Shown here: positions 39,452-59,809 of the stretch, piece after piece
Numbering within the stretch: position 1 is the stretch's first letter
Layout: every line of letters starts with the position of its first letter
Assembly (NCBI GenBank): GCA_964016885.1
Contig: OZ024741.1
Location: forward strand, 120,590,001-120,654,000
From: Eledone cirrhosa
Lineage: Eukaryota
Direction: 5' to 3'
Length of the DNA stretch: 64,000 nucleotides
Notes under the pieces: model-generated
What the model was told of the DNA's origin: nothing
The model's database searches: none
What the model saw: only the letters and a program-made list of their open reading frames with translations
Position numbers and translations under genes: made by a program

Positions 39452-40635
39452 TTAATGGTATATTAGTGGAATGAACCTCTATCAGTTCTGACAATGAGTG
39501 TTTCAGTTGCTCAACCAATAGAACAGCCTGCTCATGAAATAAACCTGTAAGTGGATGAGCATTCCACAGTCAGATGTACCCTTAACTTAGTTCTCAGGAA
39601 GATTCAGTGTGACAAGGCTGGCTCTTTGAATCAAATCATAAGTACAACACATTTTTTCCAGTTGAGTAGACTGGAGCAATGTGAAATAAAGTGTCTTGTT
39701 CAAGGACACAATGTACTGTCAGAAATTGAACTTATGACTTTTCGATCATGAACTGAACACACTATCCACTAAGTCACATCATCATTATTTAAAATCTATT
39801 TTCCTCACTTGCATGGATTAGAGGAGTTGATGCATTATGAGATAATTCAGGATCATGTCTTACTCATACAGATCTGAATTTTGGCTTGGTTTATACAGCT
39901 GGAAGTCCTTCCTAATACCAACCATGTTACAGTGTATATTTGGTGCTTTTATCATGACACTGAAATGACCACTCAACAGAATTAACTGGGTGCTTGTGTC
40001 ACCAGCATGACCGCTTTACAGTGTGGACTGGGTGCTTTTTTTCGTGTCACCATAATGACCACCTTACAGAATGGACTGGGTGCTTTTATTGTTGTGACAC
40101 TGGATTAGCCTACAGAGTGGACTTAGTGCTTTTTGTCATGGTAACAGCATTGTGGGAGATCAGATGTAGAGCATCATGCCCTTATTAAACACACAATAGT
40201 ATATATATCAAGAAAATACTCTTGTACGCCCATGAACAACATGCCATGAGAATACTCCAATTCACTACAAATGTTAGATCACAGCATCAGTCAGTGGGGA
40301 TCTCACATCTTCAACATAACAACGATTGGCTCTTCAGGGCCTGAAAATTCTTCAGCACCTGATAGGTACTAACTTTATACAGGAATGGAATGGACCTCCG
40401 TTGGTTTTAACAATGAGTGTTCCAGTTGTTCAATCAATGGAACAGCTTGCTCAAGAAATTAATGTGTATGTGGCTAGTCATTCCACAGACACGTGTACAC
40501 TTAATGTAATTCTCCGTGAGATCCAGTGTCACATAATAAAAAATAAAGCTGGTCTTTTGAATTACAGTTACAGTCCATTTGTCTTCAAAACAGTTTCCAT
40601 CTACCCAATTTTACTTGATCAAACATAGACCTTAA

Positions 40636-40846
40636 CCCTTTAGCATTTACATTATTCTATATTTACTATTGTATGTTCACAGTAAAGGCTTTATCTTACA
40701 TAATTATTTCAAGTTATATCGAATCTACAAGATTTTGATGTTATTTATTTTGAGAAGAATATCTTAATGTAGGTATGAGCAGCCAGTTACAGCTGCTTTG
40801 AACAGAAAGAGGTGATAGAGTTCTGGTCGGTTTGAACATTAAAGGG
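40636..40846. mobile_element. piggyBac-type MITE, second copy
   Basis: TTAA|CCCTTTAGCATT ... ATTAAAGGG|TTAA. Internal sequence homologous to 39249-39451. Confidence 0.8.
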
Positions 40847-42442
40847 TTAATGATTGCAAAGTGAACTTTTTAATCATTTGGCCATGCTGCATCCAACAAA
40901 GCTCAATTGAAACTATCATCATGATCATCATTGTTTAACATCCATTTTTCCACGCTTGCATGAATTAGACCCACAGTCGGACAATGCTATTACTACATAT
41001 ACGGACACACCTACAACTTAGGCATCTGCTATATTGACACAATGTTGGTCCCCAACATACTTCAATCCAATTCCTTGTCCACAGATGTCGTGCCTCCTCA
41101 TTCTCACTCGTTCTTCTACCAATCCTACAACTGCCTTTGCTCCATGGAACTAATTGATCTCATGTTACCTTCACTGAACCTTACCCAGGCCCATGTCAGA
41201 CTAATTTTCATTTATGGCAAGTACTACTATTTGTACACACACACACACACACATTCTTTTTTAGTTCCTTTTGCTTCCTATGGAACATTGGACAATGAGA
41301 GATCTCCCTTCCATATGGTTGCAAGTCTTATTACCTCTTTGCTCCCAGGCCAGATATGTCGACTAGGTCTTCCTCCACAGACATCAATCATGTCTGCCTT
41401 GCTTCCTACACCCCCCTTCTGCCTTCCATTTGGATTGTTGTGGATGCGTGCCAACATTAATTTTCAAAATCAGGTCAGTTCTACACTCGGAAGAGTCAGT
41501 TCTGCATCCTAGGTAGCTGCTTACCTGGCCTAATGGTATCACCACCTTCTTTCATTATCTATATTGCGTTTCTCCCCTTCACACTAACCACAAAGTTCAA
41601 TCCTGCCTCCCCAAATGTCGGCCCTCTGGAGTTTCCTCCTTCATGCTTTTCCATTAATTTGTTGTTCGTTTGGAAAGCTTAGAAAGGGTATAGGCAGAAT
41701 CCCTGCTCCAGATACCCACACATATCTCTCTCTATATAGATATGTTTGTATACACACACACACATATATATATATATATTTGTATACATACATATGTATA
41801 TATATATGTTTGTATACATACAAATATATGTATGCGTATATGTTCGTATACATACATATGTGTATACACACACACATGTATACATTTGCACTGTATGCAA
41901 ATAAGCATTTCCTGCTGATGTTTTCTATTTGCTATATGCAAATGAGAATCTCCAGTAAATATTGAATACGTAAAATCTATATACCCCATCGTCTATTTTC
42001 ATTTCGGTACCTGCTGAGTGAATGTCATTGACGAAAGATTAACAAATCAATCAACAGCTGTCTGGCATTCTCAACGGCTACTGAGATATTTGTGACGTGT
42101 TCACAGAACAAATAATTTTTTCGTTAAGAAAAAAAATATTTTCTTTGAAAGCGAGGCTCTCATGTTTATTGTATGTAAATATATAGTATATGCTTTCATA
42201 TACACCCCTCATATACATGTATATATATAAACACACACCTCATTGTGATACGTTGTATCTTTGAGCAAGATATTTTACTTCACATTGCTGCAGTTCACTC
42301 AGTTAGCAAAAAATGCGTCATACCTGTAATTTGAAAGGCCAGCATTGTCACCTTCTGTGAACTACATTAAGAGTACGCGTGTCTGTGGAATGCTTTAATA
42401 TTTTCCAACGGAACACTCTTTGTCGTCCAACTGAGTGCTGGC

Positions 42443-42473
<31 letters not shown>

Positions 42474-42699
42474 CACCCATTGTGATTTATTTATTACATA
42501 CAAAAATATTTTCTCGGTGTTAAAAAGCTTCAAATTGTTAGCTGTGAACTGACAGCGTGTATATATATATAACGTCAAATATTTTACATACGCAATAGAA
42601 TGTACGCACACATATACATATATGCTAGACATAACATATTGTTTCCAAAGGGGAAAGTCCTAGTATACTTTGTCACTCTCACAAATTGGTTCAAATTAA

Positions 42700-42853
42700 T
42701 AAAATGAGTTTACAGCTGGTGATCCATTAGATCAGTAAAATGAGTTTACAGCTGGTGATCCATTACTAAGCATCGTCAAGAGGAGATAACTGCAAACGAA
42801 CTAGTTGCGAACACGCGGGAACTTGAGGTCATCCTTTTACAACATACAACAAC
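42700..42853 (+). promoter_or_regulatory. Probable importin-5 promoter/5' UTR with a duplicated 30-bp motif
   Basis: taaaatgagtttacagctggtgatccatta at 42700-42729 and 42736-42765. Locally CpG-rich. caacaacATGG start context. Confidence 0.45.
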
Positions 42854-42934
42854 ATGGCTGACGATCAAACACAATTCGAAACTTTGTTGGGAAATCTTCT
42901 TAGCTTGGATAATGATATTCGGACACACTCCGAG
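42854..42934 (+). CDS. IPO5: First coding exon of importin-5 (karyopherin beta-3)
   Basis: ATG..GAG|GT translates MADDQTQFETLLGNLLSLDNDIRTHSE, matching the importin-5 N-terminus (recalled human [24 protein letters not shown]). Good Kozak context aacATGG and a phase-0 GT donor. No further exon seen in the window. Confidence 0.88.
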
Positions 42935-43871
42935 GTTGGTACTGAAACTTCAATAAATCCATAGCCATAAGTTTTCTTCAATGATTTCTCCGTCTGATAG
43001 TTATTTTTTACCACTAATGTTCGATTCGTCTAATGTTAGCTGTCACTGAAAGAGGCTATTTTTCGTTCTTTATATATATATATATCTAGATATATGTATA
43101 TAAAGTTGTAAAAGATCGTCTTCTTATCATGTTTGAGAGGTCTTTATCTCTTTCTCTGAACCTTTCCCATTGTATTTTTTAAGAACATGTGTAGATTCCT
43201 GTATGATTTTTTTCCTAAATGTTTGTTAGTCTTGGCATGGAGATTTCTTTTCTATTTTGCGCTCACGTTGCCGGTCGTTTGCTATTTTTTTTTCATATGA
43301 CTGTAAGCTGTCTTAACTTAAGACGTATTTGTTTTTCTATAAGATTTAAATTTAAAAAAATGAACGATTTAAAAAAATAATCACTGTAAAATGAAATCGT
43401 ATCATCATTGCATAGATAATTTATTGATTCACAAAACTATTCATAAATGTCTCAGATAGTAACATCGTTTTTTTTTTTAGTTTCTCGAACATAGAAAACA
43501 AAATATATTAAAAATGTAATAATAATTCTCTCTATTTTCCCATATTGATATATTTTATTCACCTTTGAACTATATTACTTCTCAAATAATATTTTTAAAA
43601 CTATTTTCATCATTTTTTCTTTCATAAGAAGATTCTGAACATTCGATGGATTGAATATGATTCGTTTCAAGAATTTATATTTACGATTATTTATAATACA
43701 TATATTGCCGTTAAATAAGTTATATGTAGAAATCTGTATATTTCGATTTAGTGTTTTGCCAGTAAACGAAAATTGGTAATATATACATATGTACATACAT
43801 TTCAAGTGAGTGTGTTAAGCATATTTAGCCTACCATGTGGCCTGAAGCCGGTGAGATGCCATTTCATCACC

Positions 43872-49019
<5,148 letters not shown>

Positions 49020-49044
49020 TCACCCTTAACACCCAGCCCCCAGC

Positions 49045-49845
49045 CCGTCCTGTACGATGCCTGCATCACCGAACCAGCAATGTTGCATGGTAGTGAGACC
49101 CTGGGATTGTGTGCAGAGGATATACGCAGACTAGAGAGGAACGAAGCTTGCATGCTCCGCTGGATGTGTAACAGAAATATACGTGAACGGCAAAGCATAA
49201 ACGAACTAAGGAAAAAATTAGAGATAAGAGGGATCAGATGTTGTTTACTCGAGAGAAGGCTGCGTTGGTATGGACACGTGATGCGCATGAAAGTCGATAG
49301 CTGTATTACAAAGTGCAGGGCAATAAAGATAGACGGTAGCCACGGAATAGGCAGACCTAGAAAAACATGGGATGAGCTGATAAACTCCGACCTCACACAC
49401 TTACACCTCTCCAAGACAATGTCACTGGACCGTGACCTTTGGCGGTACTCAGTAACAGAGAAGACCCGCCTTGCCAGTAGGCATCTCTAACAAAATACAC
49501 CCCTCCCGCCGCCACCCCCATCCCATCCACACCACCCCGTTCTATGTAAAGTTATGTTGGTGCCGCGCCATCCAGGCCGAAACAAATGAGATCGTGTAGG
49601 TGTCACGACAAAAAAACACACAGTCCACGCTGTAATGTGGCCGTGTAGGCAACACGGTAAAAACCTCCCAGACCCACACTGTAAATGTGGTTGGTGTTAG
49701 GAAGGGCATCCAACTGTAGAAAACCTGCCAGACAGTCATATGCGAGCAAGACAATCACTCTTGCCTCAAGTGGGACTACCCCCGTCCAAACCCATGCAAG
49801 CGTGGAACACGGACGTTAAACGTTGATGATGATGATGATGATGAT
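49045..49845 (+). mobile_element. RTE LINE 3' portion
   Basis: [28 protein letters not shown], 3' UTR and (GAT)n tail. Confidence 0.9.
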
Positions 49846-49868
49846 ATATATATATGTGTATATATATG

Positions 49869-49937
<69 letters not shown>

Positions 49938-50137
49938 NNNNNNNNNNNNNNNNNNNNNNNNNNNNNNNNNNNNNNNNNNNNNNNNNNNNNNNNNNNNNNN
50001 NNNNNNNNNNNNNNNNNNNNNNNNNNNNNNNNNNNNNNNNNNNNNNNNNNNNNNNNNNNNNNNNNNNNNNNNNNNNNNNNNNNNNNNNNNNNNNNNNNNN
50101 NNNNNNNNNNNNNNNNNNNNNNNNNNNNNNNNNNNNN
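49938..50137. other. Assembly gap (N run of about 200)
   Basis: Run of n characters within a TA tract. Confidence 0.99.
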
Positions 50138-50230
50138 TGTATTATATATATGTATATATATATGTATGTATATATATATGTATGTATATATATATGTATA
50201 TATATATGTATGTATATATATATGTATATA

Positions 50231-51519
50231 TATCATCATCATCATCATCATCAACGTTTAACGTCCGTGTTCCACGCTTGCATGGGTTTTGGACGGGGGT
50301 AGTCCCACTTGAGGCAAGAGTGATTGTCTTGCTCGCATAGGACTGTCTGGCAGGTTTTCTTACAGTTGGATGCCCTTCCTAACACCAACCACATTTACAG
50401 TGTGGGTCTGGGAGGTTTTTACCGTGTTGCCTACACGGCCACATTACAGCGTGGACTGTGTGTTTTTTGTCGTGACAACCTACACGATCTCATTTGTTTC
50501 GGCCTCGATGGCGCGGCACCAACATAACTTTACATAGAACGGGGGTGGTGTGGATCGGGTGGGGGTGGGGGTGGTGGGACGGGGTGTATTTTGTTAGAGA
50601 TGCCTACTGGCTGGAGTAGGTTTTACTATGTATTTAGGTAAGGCGGGTCTTCTCTGTTACTGAGTACCGCCAAAGGTCTCGGTCCAGTGACATTGTCTTG
50701 GAGAGGTGTAAGTGTGTGATGTCGGAGTTTATCAGCTCGTCCCAGGTTTTTCTAGGTCTGCCTATTCCGTGACTACCGTCTATCTTTATTGCCCTGCACT
50801 TTGTTATACAGCTATCGACTTTCATGCGCATCACGTGTCCATACCAACGTAGCCTTCTCTCGAGTAAACAACATCTGATCCCTCTTATCTCTAATTTATT
50901 CCTTAGTTCGTTTATGCTTTGCCGTTCACGTATATTACTGTTACACATCCAGCGGAGCATGCAAGCTTCGTTCCTCTCTAGTCTGCGTATATCCTCTGCA
51001 CACAATGCCCAGGTCTCACTGCCATGCAGCATTGCTGTTCGTATGCAGGCATCGTACAACCTGCCTTTCATTTTTAGTGAGAACCCTTTAGCAGCTAATA
51101 GTGTATAAGCTCTCTGAACTTTTTCCAACCAGTTCTGACTCTAGCTACAGTACTTTCAGAGCACCCTCCCCCACTGCTGATTTTATCGCCCAGGTAACGG
51201 AAGCTGTCCACTATTTCTATAGAACCCTCTGCGCAATTGAAAGAGCTAGTAGTTTGTGGGCACTTGCTGCTACTTATTGCACCAGAGCACCGGCCACATG
51301 TAAAATCTATGTTCTTAGTTAGCTTACCTGTGATCCCACTACATCTTTTATGCACCCATACTTTGCATTTAGGACATAAAATGGAGTTTCTACCTACGCC
51401 TTTTCCTACACACCGAGCACGACCATTTCCCCGAAGGGACCGCCGCCTTGTTTTCTTTCCTACAAACTAGTACTTTGGTCTTAGCCAGGTTAATTTTAAG
51501 TCCTTTTGACTCTAGGCCG
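50231..51519 (-). mobile_element. 5'-truncated RTE LINE (PHD and C-terminal part)
   Basis: ORFs 51095-51355 and 50634-51128. Both ends abut TA microsatellite. Confidence 0.92.
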
Positions 51520-56119
<4,600 letters not shown>

Positions 56120-56120
<1 letters not shown>

Positions 56121-56641
56121 GATGCGTATGAAGGATGACAGCTGCATAAAAAGGTGCAGAGCACTAGAAGTCTGATGGAAACCCGCGGAGTGGGGAGACC
56201 CAAGATGACTTGGGATGAGATGATAAAAGCCGACCTTACCCAACTACACCTCTCAAAGTCAATGCCACACCGACCGTGACTTCTGGCGTCACGCAGTAAT
56301 ACAGGGTACCCCGACCTCCCCATGGGTACATGCTGAAGCATATAAACCAATATGCCCCCCCACCCCCACCGCAAGGTGGCCGTGGAGGTGCCACGGCAAA
56401 AAAGCACCCAGCCCACACTGTAAACGTGGACGTGTAGGCGCCACGAAAAAGCACCCAGCCACTCACTGTAAATGAGGTTGGTGTTAGGAAGGGCATCCAG
56501 CTGTAGAAATCAGCCAGATCAGTTCCTGTATGAGCAAGGCATGGTCAGCCGACCAGACACTGCCACAACAGGACAACCCGTCTAACCCATGCAAGCGTGG
56601 AAGAACGGACGTAAAACGGTGATGATGATGATGATGATGAT
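56120..56641 (+). mobile_element. RTE LINE 3' fragment
   Basis: [24 protein letters not shown], 3' UTR module and (GAT)n tail. Confidence 0.85.
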
Positions 56642-56666
56642 ATGTATGTATAAATATATGTATAGT

Positions 56667-56707
<41 letters not shown>

Positions 56708-56721
56708 TATGTATGTGTATG

Positions 56722-56755
<34 letters not shown>

Positions 56756-56806
56756 GATATAGATAGGTAAATATACACGGGTGTGTATGATTGTGTATAG
56801 AAGATT

Positions 56807-57199
56807 ATATTAATAAGAGGAATTCCAACTTTGTCTGATTTACTCGTTTTATTTACAATCCTTTAAAATATATATAATGGTATTATAATGAAATAGTATG
56901 ATAGAATATTAAATTCCAAGTGTTAATTGAACAAGTACTTTCATGCTTTCGCAATCTTCAGGTTCATGATATGTGGTGACAGTCGAGTTTGCAATTTTCA
57001 ACTGTTGAAAATTGCAAACTCGACTGTCACCACATATCATGAACCTGAAGATTGCGAAAGCATGAAGTACTTGTTCAATTAACACTTAGAATTTAATATT
57101 CTATCATACTATTTCATTATAATACCATTATATATATTTTAAAGGATTGTAAATAAAACGAGGTAAATCAGACAAAGTTGGAATTCCTCTTATTAATAT
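56807..57199. repeat. Near-perfect palindrome (arms about 196 bp, 1-nt spacer at 57003)
   Basis: Centre gcaattttcaac-t-gttgaaaattgc. Only a few single-base differences between arms. Confidence 0.93.
56928..56966 (-). ncRNA. Minimal type I hammerhead ribozyme (Penelope-like-element type)
   Basis: Minus strand UGAAC-CUGAAGA-U-UGC-GAAA-GCA-U-GAAA-GUAC-UU^-GUUCA. Stem I UGAAC/GUUCA, core CUGANGA, stem II with GAAA tetraloop, core GAAA, palindromic GUAC stem III, UH cleavage site. Confidence 0.8.
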
Positions 57200-57781
57200 G
57201 TATATATATATATGTATATATGTATGTATGTATATATATATGTATATATGTATGTATATATATATATGTATATATGTATGTATATATATATGTATATATG
57301 TATGTATATATATGTGTATGTATATATATATATATGTATGTATATATATATGTATATATGTATGTATATATATATAGTATGTATGTATATATATATATAT
57401 ATATGTATGTATATGTATATATGTATGTATATATATATATATGTATGTATATATATATGTATGTATATATATATGTATGTATATATATATATATAAGTAT
57501 GTATATATATATATATATGTATGTATATATATATATATATGTATGTATATATATATATATATGTATGTATATATATATATATATGTATGTATATATATAT
57601 ATATATGTATGTATGTATGTATATATATATGTATGTATATATATATATATATGTATGTATATATATATATATATGTATGTGTATGTATATATACATATAT
57701 GTATATATATATGTATGTGTATGTATATATATATGTATGTGTATGTATGTATACATATATGTATATATATATATGTGTATG

Positions 57782-57814
<33 letters not shown>

Positions 57815-57815
57815 G

Positions 57816-57846
<31 letters not shown>

Positions 57847-57875
57847 GTATATATATATATGTATGTATATATATG

Positions 57876-57966
<91 letters not shown>
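57200..57966. repeat. (TA)n/(TATG)n microsatellite
   Basis: Direct inspection. Confidence 0.95.
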
Positions 57967-58031
57967 CTCCCCGAGTAAGCAGCAAGTCACACAGCCACAA
58001 AACAAAACCACAAGACAAAACCAAACAAACA

Positions 58032-58634
58032 AAAATTGACCGGTTAATACATTTTCATACATCTATATTATTATATATTTGAAAATTGACCGGTTAATAC
58101 ATTTTTCATACATCTATATTATTATATATTTGAAAATTGACCGGTTAATACATTTTTCATACATCTATATTATTATATATTTGAAACCACGTGTTTTCGA
58201 ACTTGTGAGTACATTTTCCTTTAACTACAAATTATTATTATATACTTTCGTCTTTTCATTAATTTCAAATAACCAGAATATACATATATATATATATATA
58301 TACTCATATTTATATATATACGCTTCTCACTCACACACAAGAAAAACAAAAAACAAAAATAAATTTAATATATTGAAATACTTAACTAAAACACACACAC
58401 ACGAACTTGTGAGTACATTTTCCTTTAACTACAAATTATTATTATATACTTTCGTCTTTTCATTAACTTAATTAATTTCAAATAACCAGAATATACATAT
58501 ATATATATACTCATATTTATATATATACGCTTCTCACTCACACACAAGAAAAACAAAAAACAAAAATAAATCAAAAATAAATTTAAAAAAAAAATATATA
58601 TATATTGAAATACTTAACTAAAACACACACACAC
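58032..58634 (+). repeat. Tandem repeats in the LINE 5' UTR (3 x about 51 bp, then 2 x about 200-230 bp)
   Basis: aaaattgaccggttaatacattt..atatttg at about 58032, 58082, 58133. cgaacttgtgagtacattttcc..acacacac at about 58198 and 58402. Confidence 0.9.
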
Positions 58635-58645
58635 TCAAAACTAGA

Positions 58646-59809
58646 ATGGCTAACCAGCAAAAATCCAAACAGAACTGGTCTGATAATGAAATCGACATTC
58701 TAATAAACACATGGCATTGCCTTTCCCAAACAGAAGATATAGATGCTTCATCTCTGAACGACATTGCTAAACGTACAGTTCAATTTTTGAAAACTCGATC
58801 TGAACAACAGATTCAAAATAAATTAAAGCAAATCGAAATTGCTTTTAAATTAATCAATAAACATTTGGATAAACTACGGTGTGTTTTCTCTTCGAATGCT
58901 GTCCAGCAGCAGCAACAACAACAACAGCAGCTACAACAGCAACAACAACAACAACAGCAGCTACAACAGCAACAACAACATCAACAACAACAGCTACAAC
59001 AACAACATCAACAACAGCAACAACAACAGTGTGAACCACTCCTTGATTCATCAACAATGGCCGATCTACTAAATGAAACTATTGACCCCCCAGTAGCCTC
59101 TGTCTCACAGCATGAAACGCCACATCCTTTCTCTGGCCCAGCAGTCCAATCATCACCACTGCCAACATCTCTGCCTACTACTACTACTACTACTACAACA
59201 TTTTTGTCTACTGCTATGTCAAGGAATTTACCTTCTAATACCAGAACAAGAACTCTCCCTCCCACAGTCCACAAAGGTCGTCAAATCCTACCCAAACCAT
59301 CATCTACACCTCTCACAACACCCACACCCATATACCCACCCACTCGAAACCCCATCATTTGCCGCTACTCTCTACGCTATAGAATATGTACGGATAGTGG
59401 CTGCAAATTCACCCATTTACCTAGGACAAAACGATCTATCCCCACAAACAGCCACCACCATAATACATACTCTAATTTAACACCAACACAACCACCAATA
59501 ACTCAAACAAGGAATCCACAAATCTGCCGTTTTTCCCTGCGAGACAGATTGTGTTTAGACCGGGATTGTCCCTTTACCCATCTCCCGGGGACCCGTCGGA
59601 TAAATGAAAATAAAAGCAAAAACAAAAACCATAACCTACATAAAAATAACCACTACCACAGTCACCAACAGTCTTCTAAACAGGAAACTTCTTCCTCTTT
59701 TTTAGCCATAATGAATCTGGCAAAAGAACTGGAAAAAAACATTCGAGCTATCACCCAGCACCACCCTCCACTATCACCCCACTGCACAAACTCCCATTGC
59801 TGCCATTAA
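58646..59809 (+). CDS. LINE ORF1: Myb/SANT-like N-terminus, polyQ, low-complexity linker, two CCCH zinc fingers
   Basis: 387 aa open frame. WSDNEIDILINTW..RSEQQIQNKLKQI; CRYSLRYRICTDSGCKFTH and CRFSLRDRLCLDRDCPFTH (C-x8-C-x4-C-x3-H). Confidence 0.85.
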   Translation: MANQQKSKQNWSDNEIDILINTWHCLSQTEDIDASSLNDIAKRTVQFLKTRSEQQIQNKLKQIEIAFKLINKHLDKLRCVFSSNAVQQQQQQQQQLQQQQQQQQQLQQQQQHQQQQLQQQHQQQQQQQCEPLLDSSTMADLLNETIDPPVASVSQHETPHPFSGPAVQSSPLPTSLPTTTTTTTTFLSTAMSRNLPSNTRTRTLPPTVHKGRQILPKPSSTPLTTPTPIYPPTRNPIICRYSLRYRICTDSGCKFTHLPRTKRSIPTNSHHHNTYSNLTPTQPPITQTRNPQICRFSLRDRLCLDRDCPFTHLPGTRRINENKSKNKNHNLHKNNHYHSHQQSSKQETSSSFLAIMNLAKELEKNIRAITQHHPPLSPHCTNSHCCH

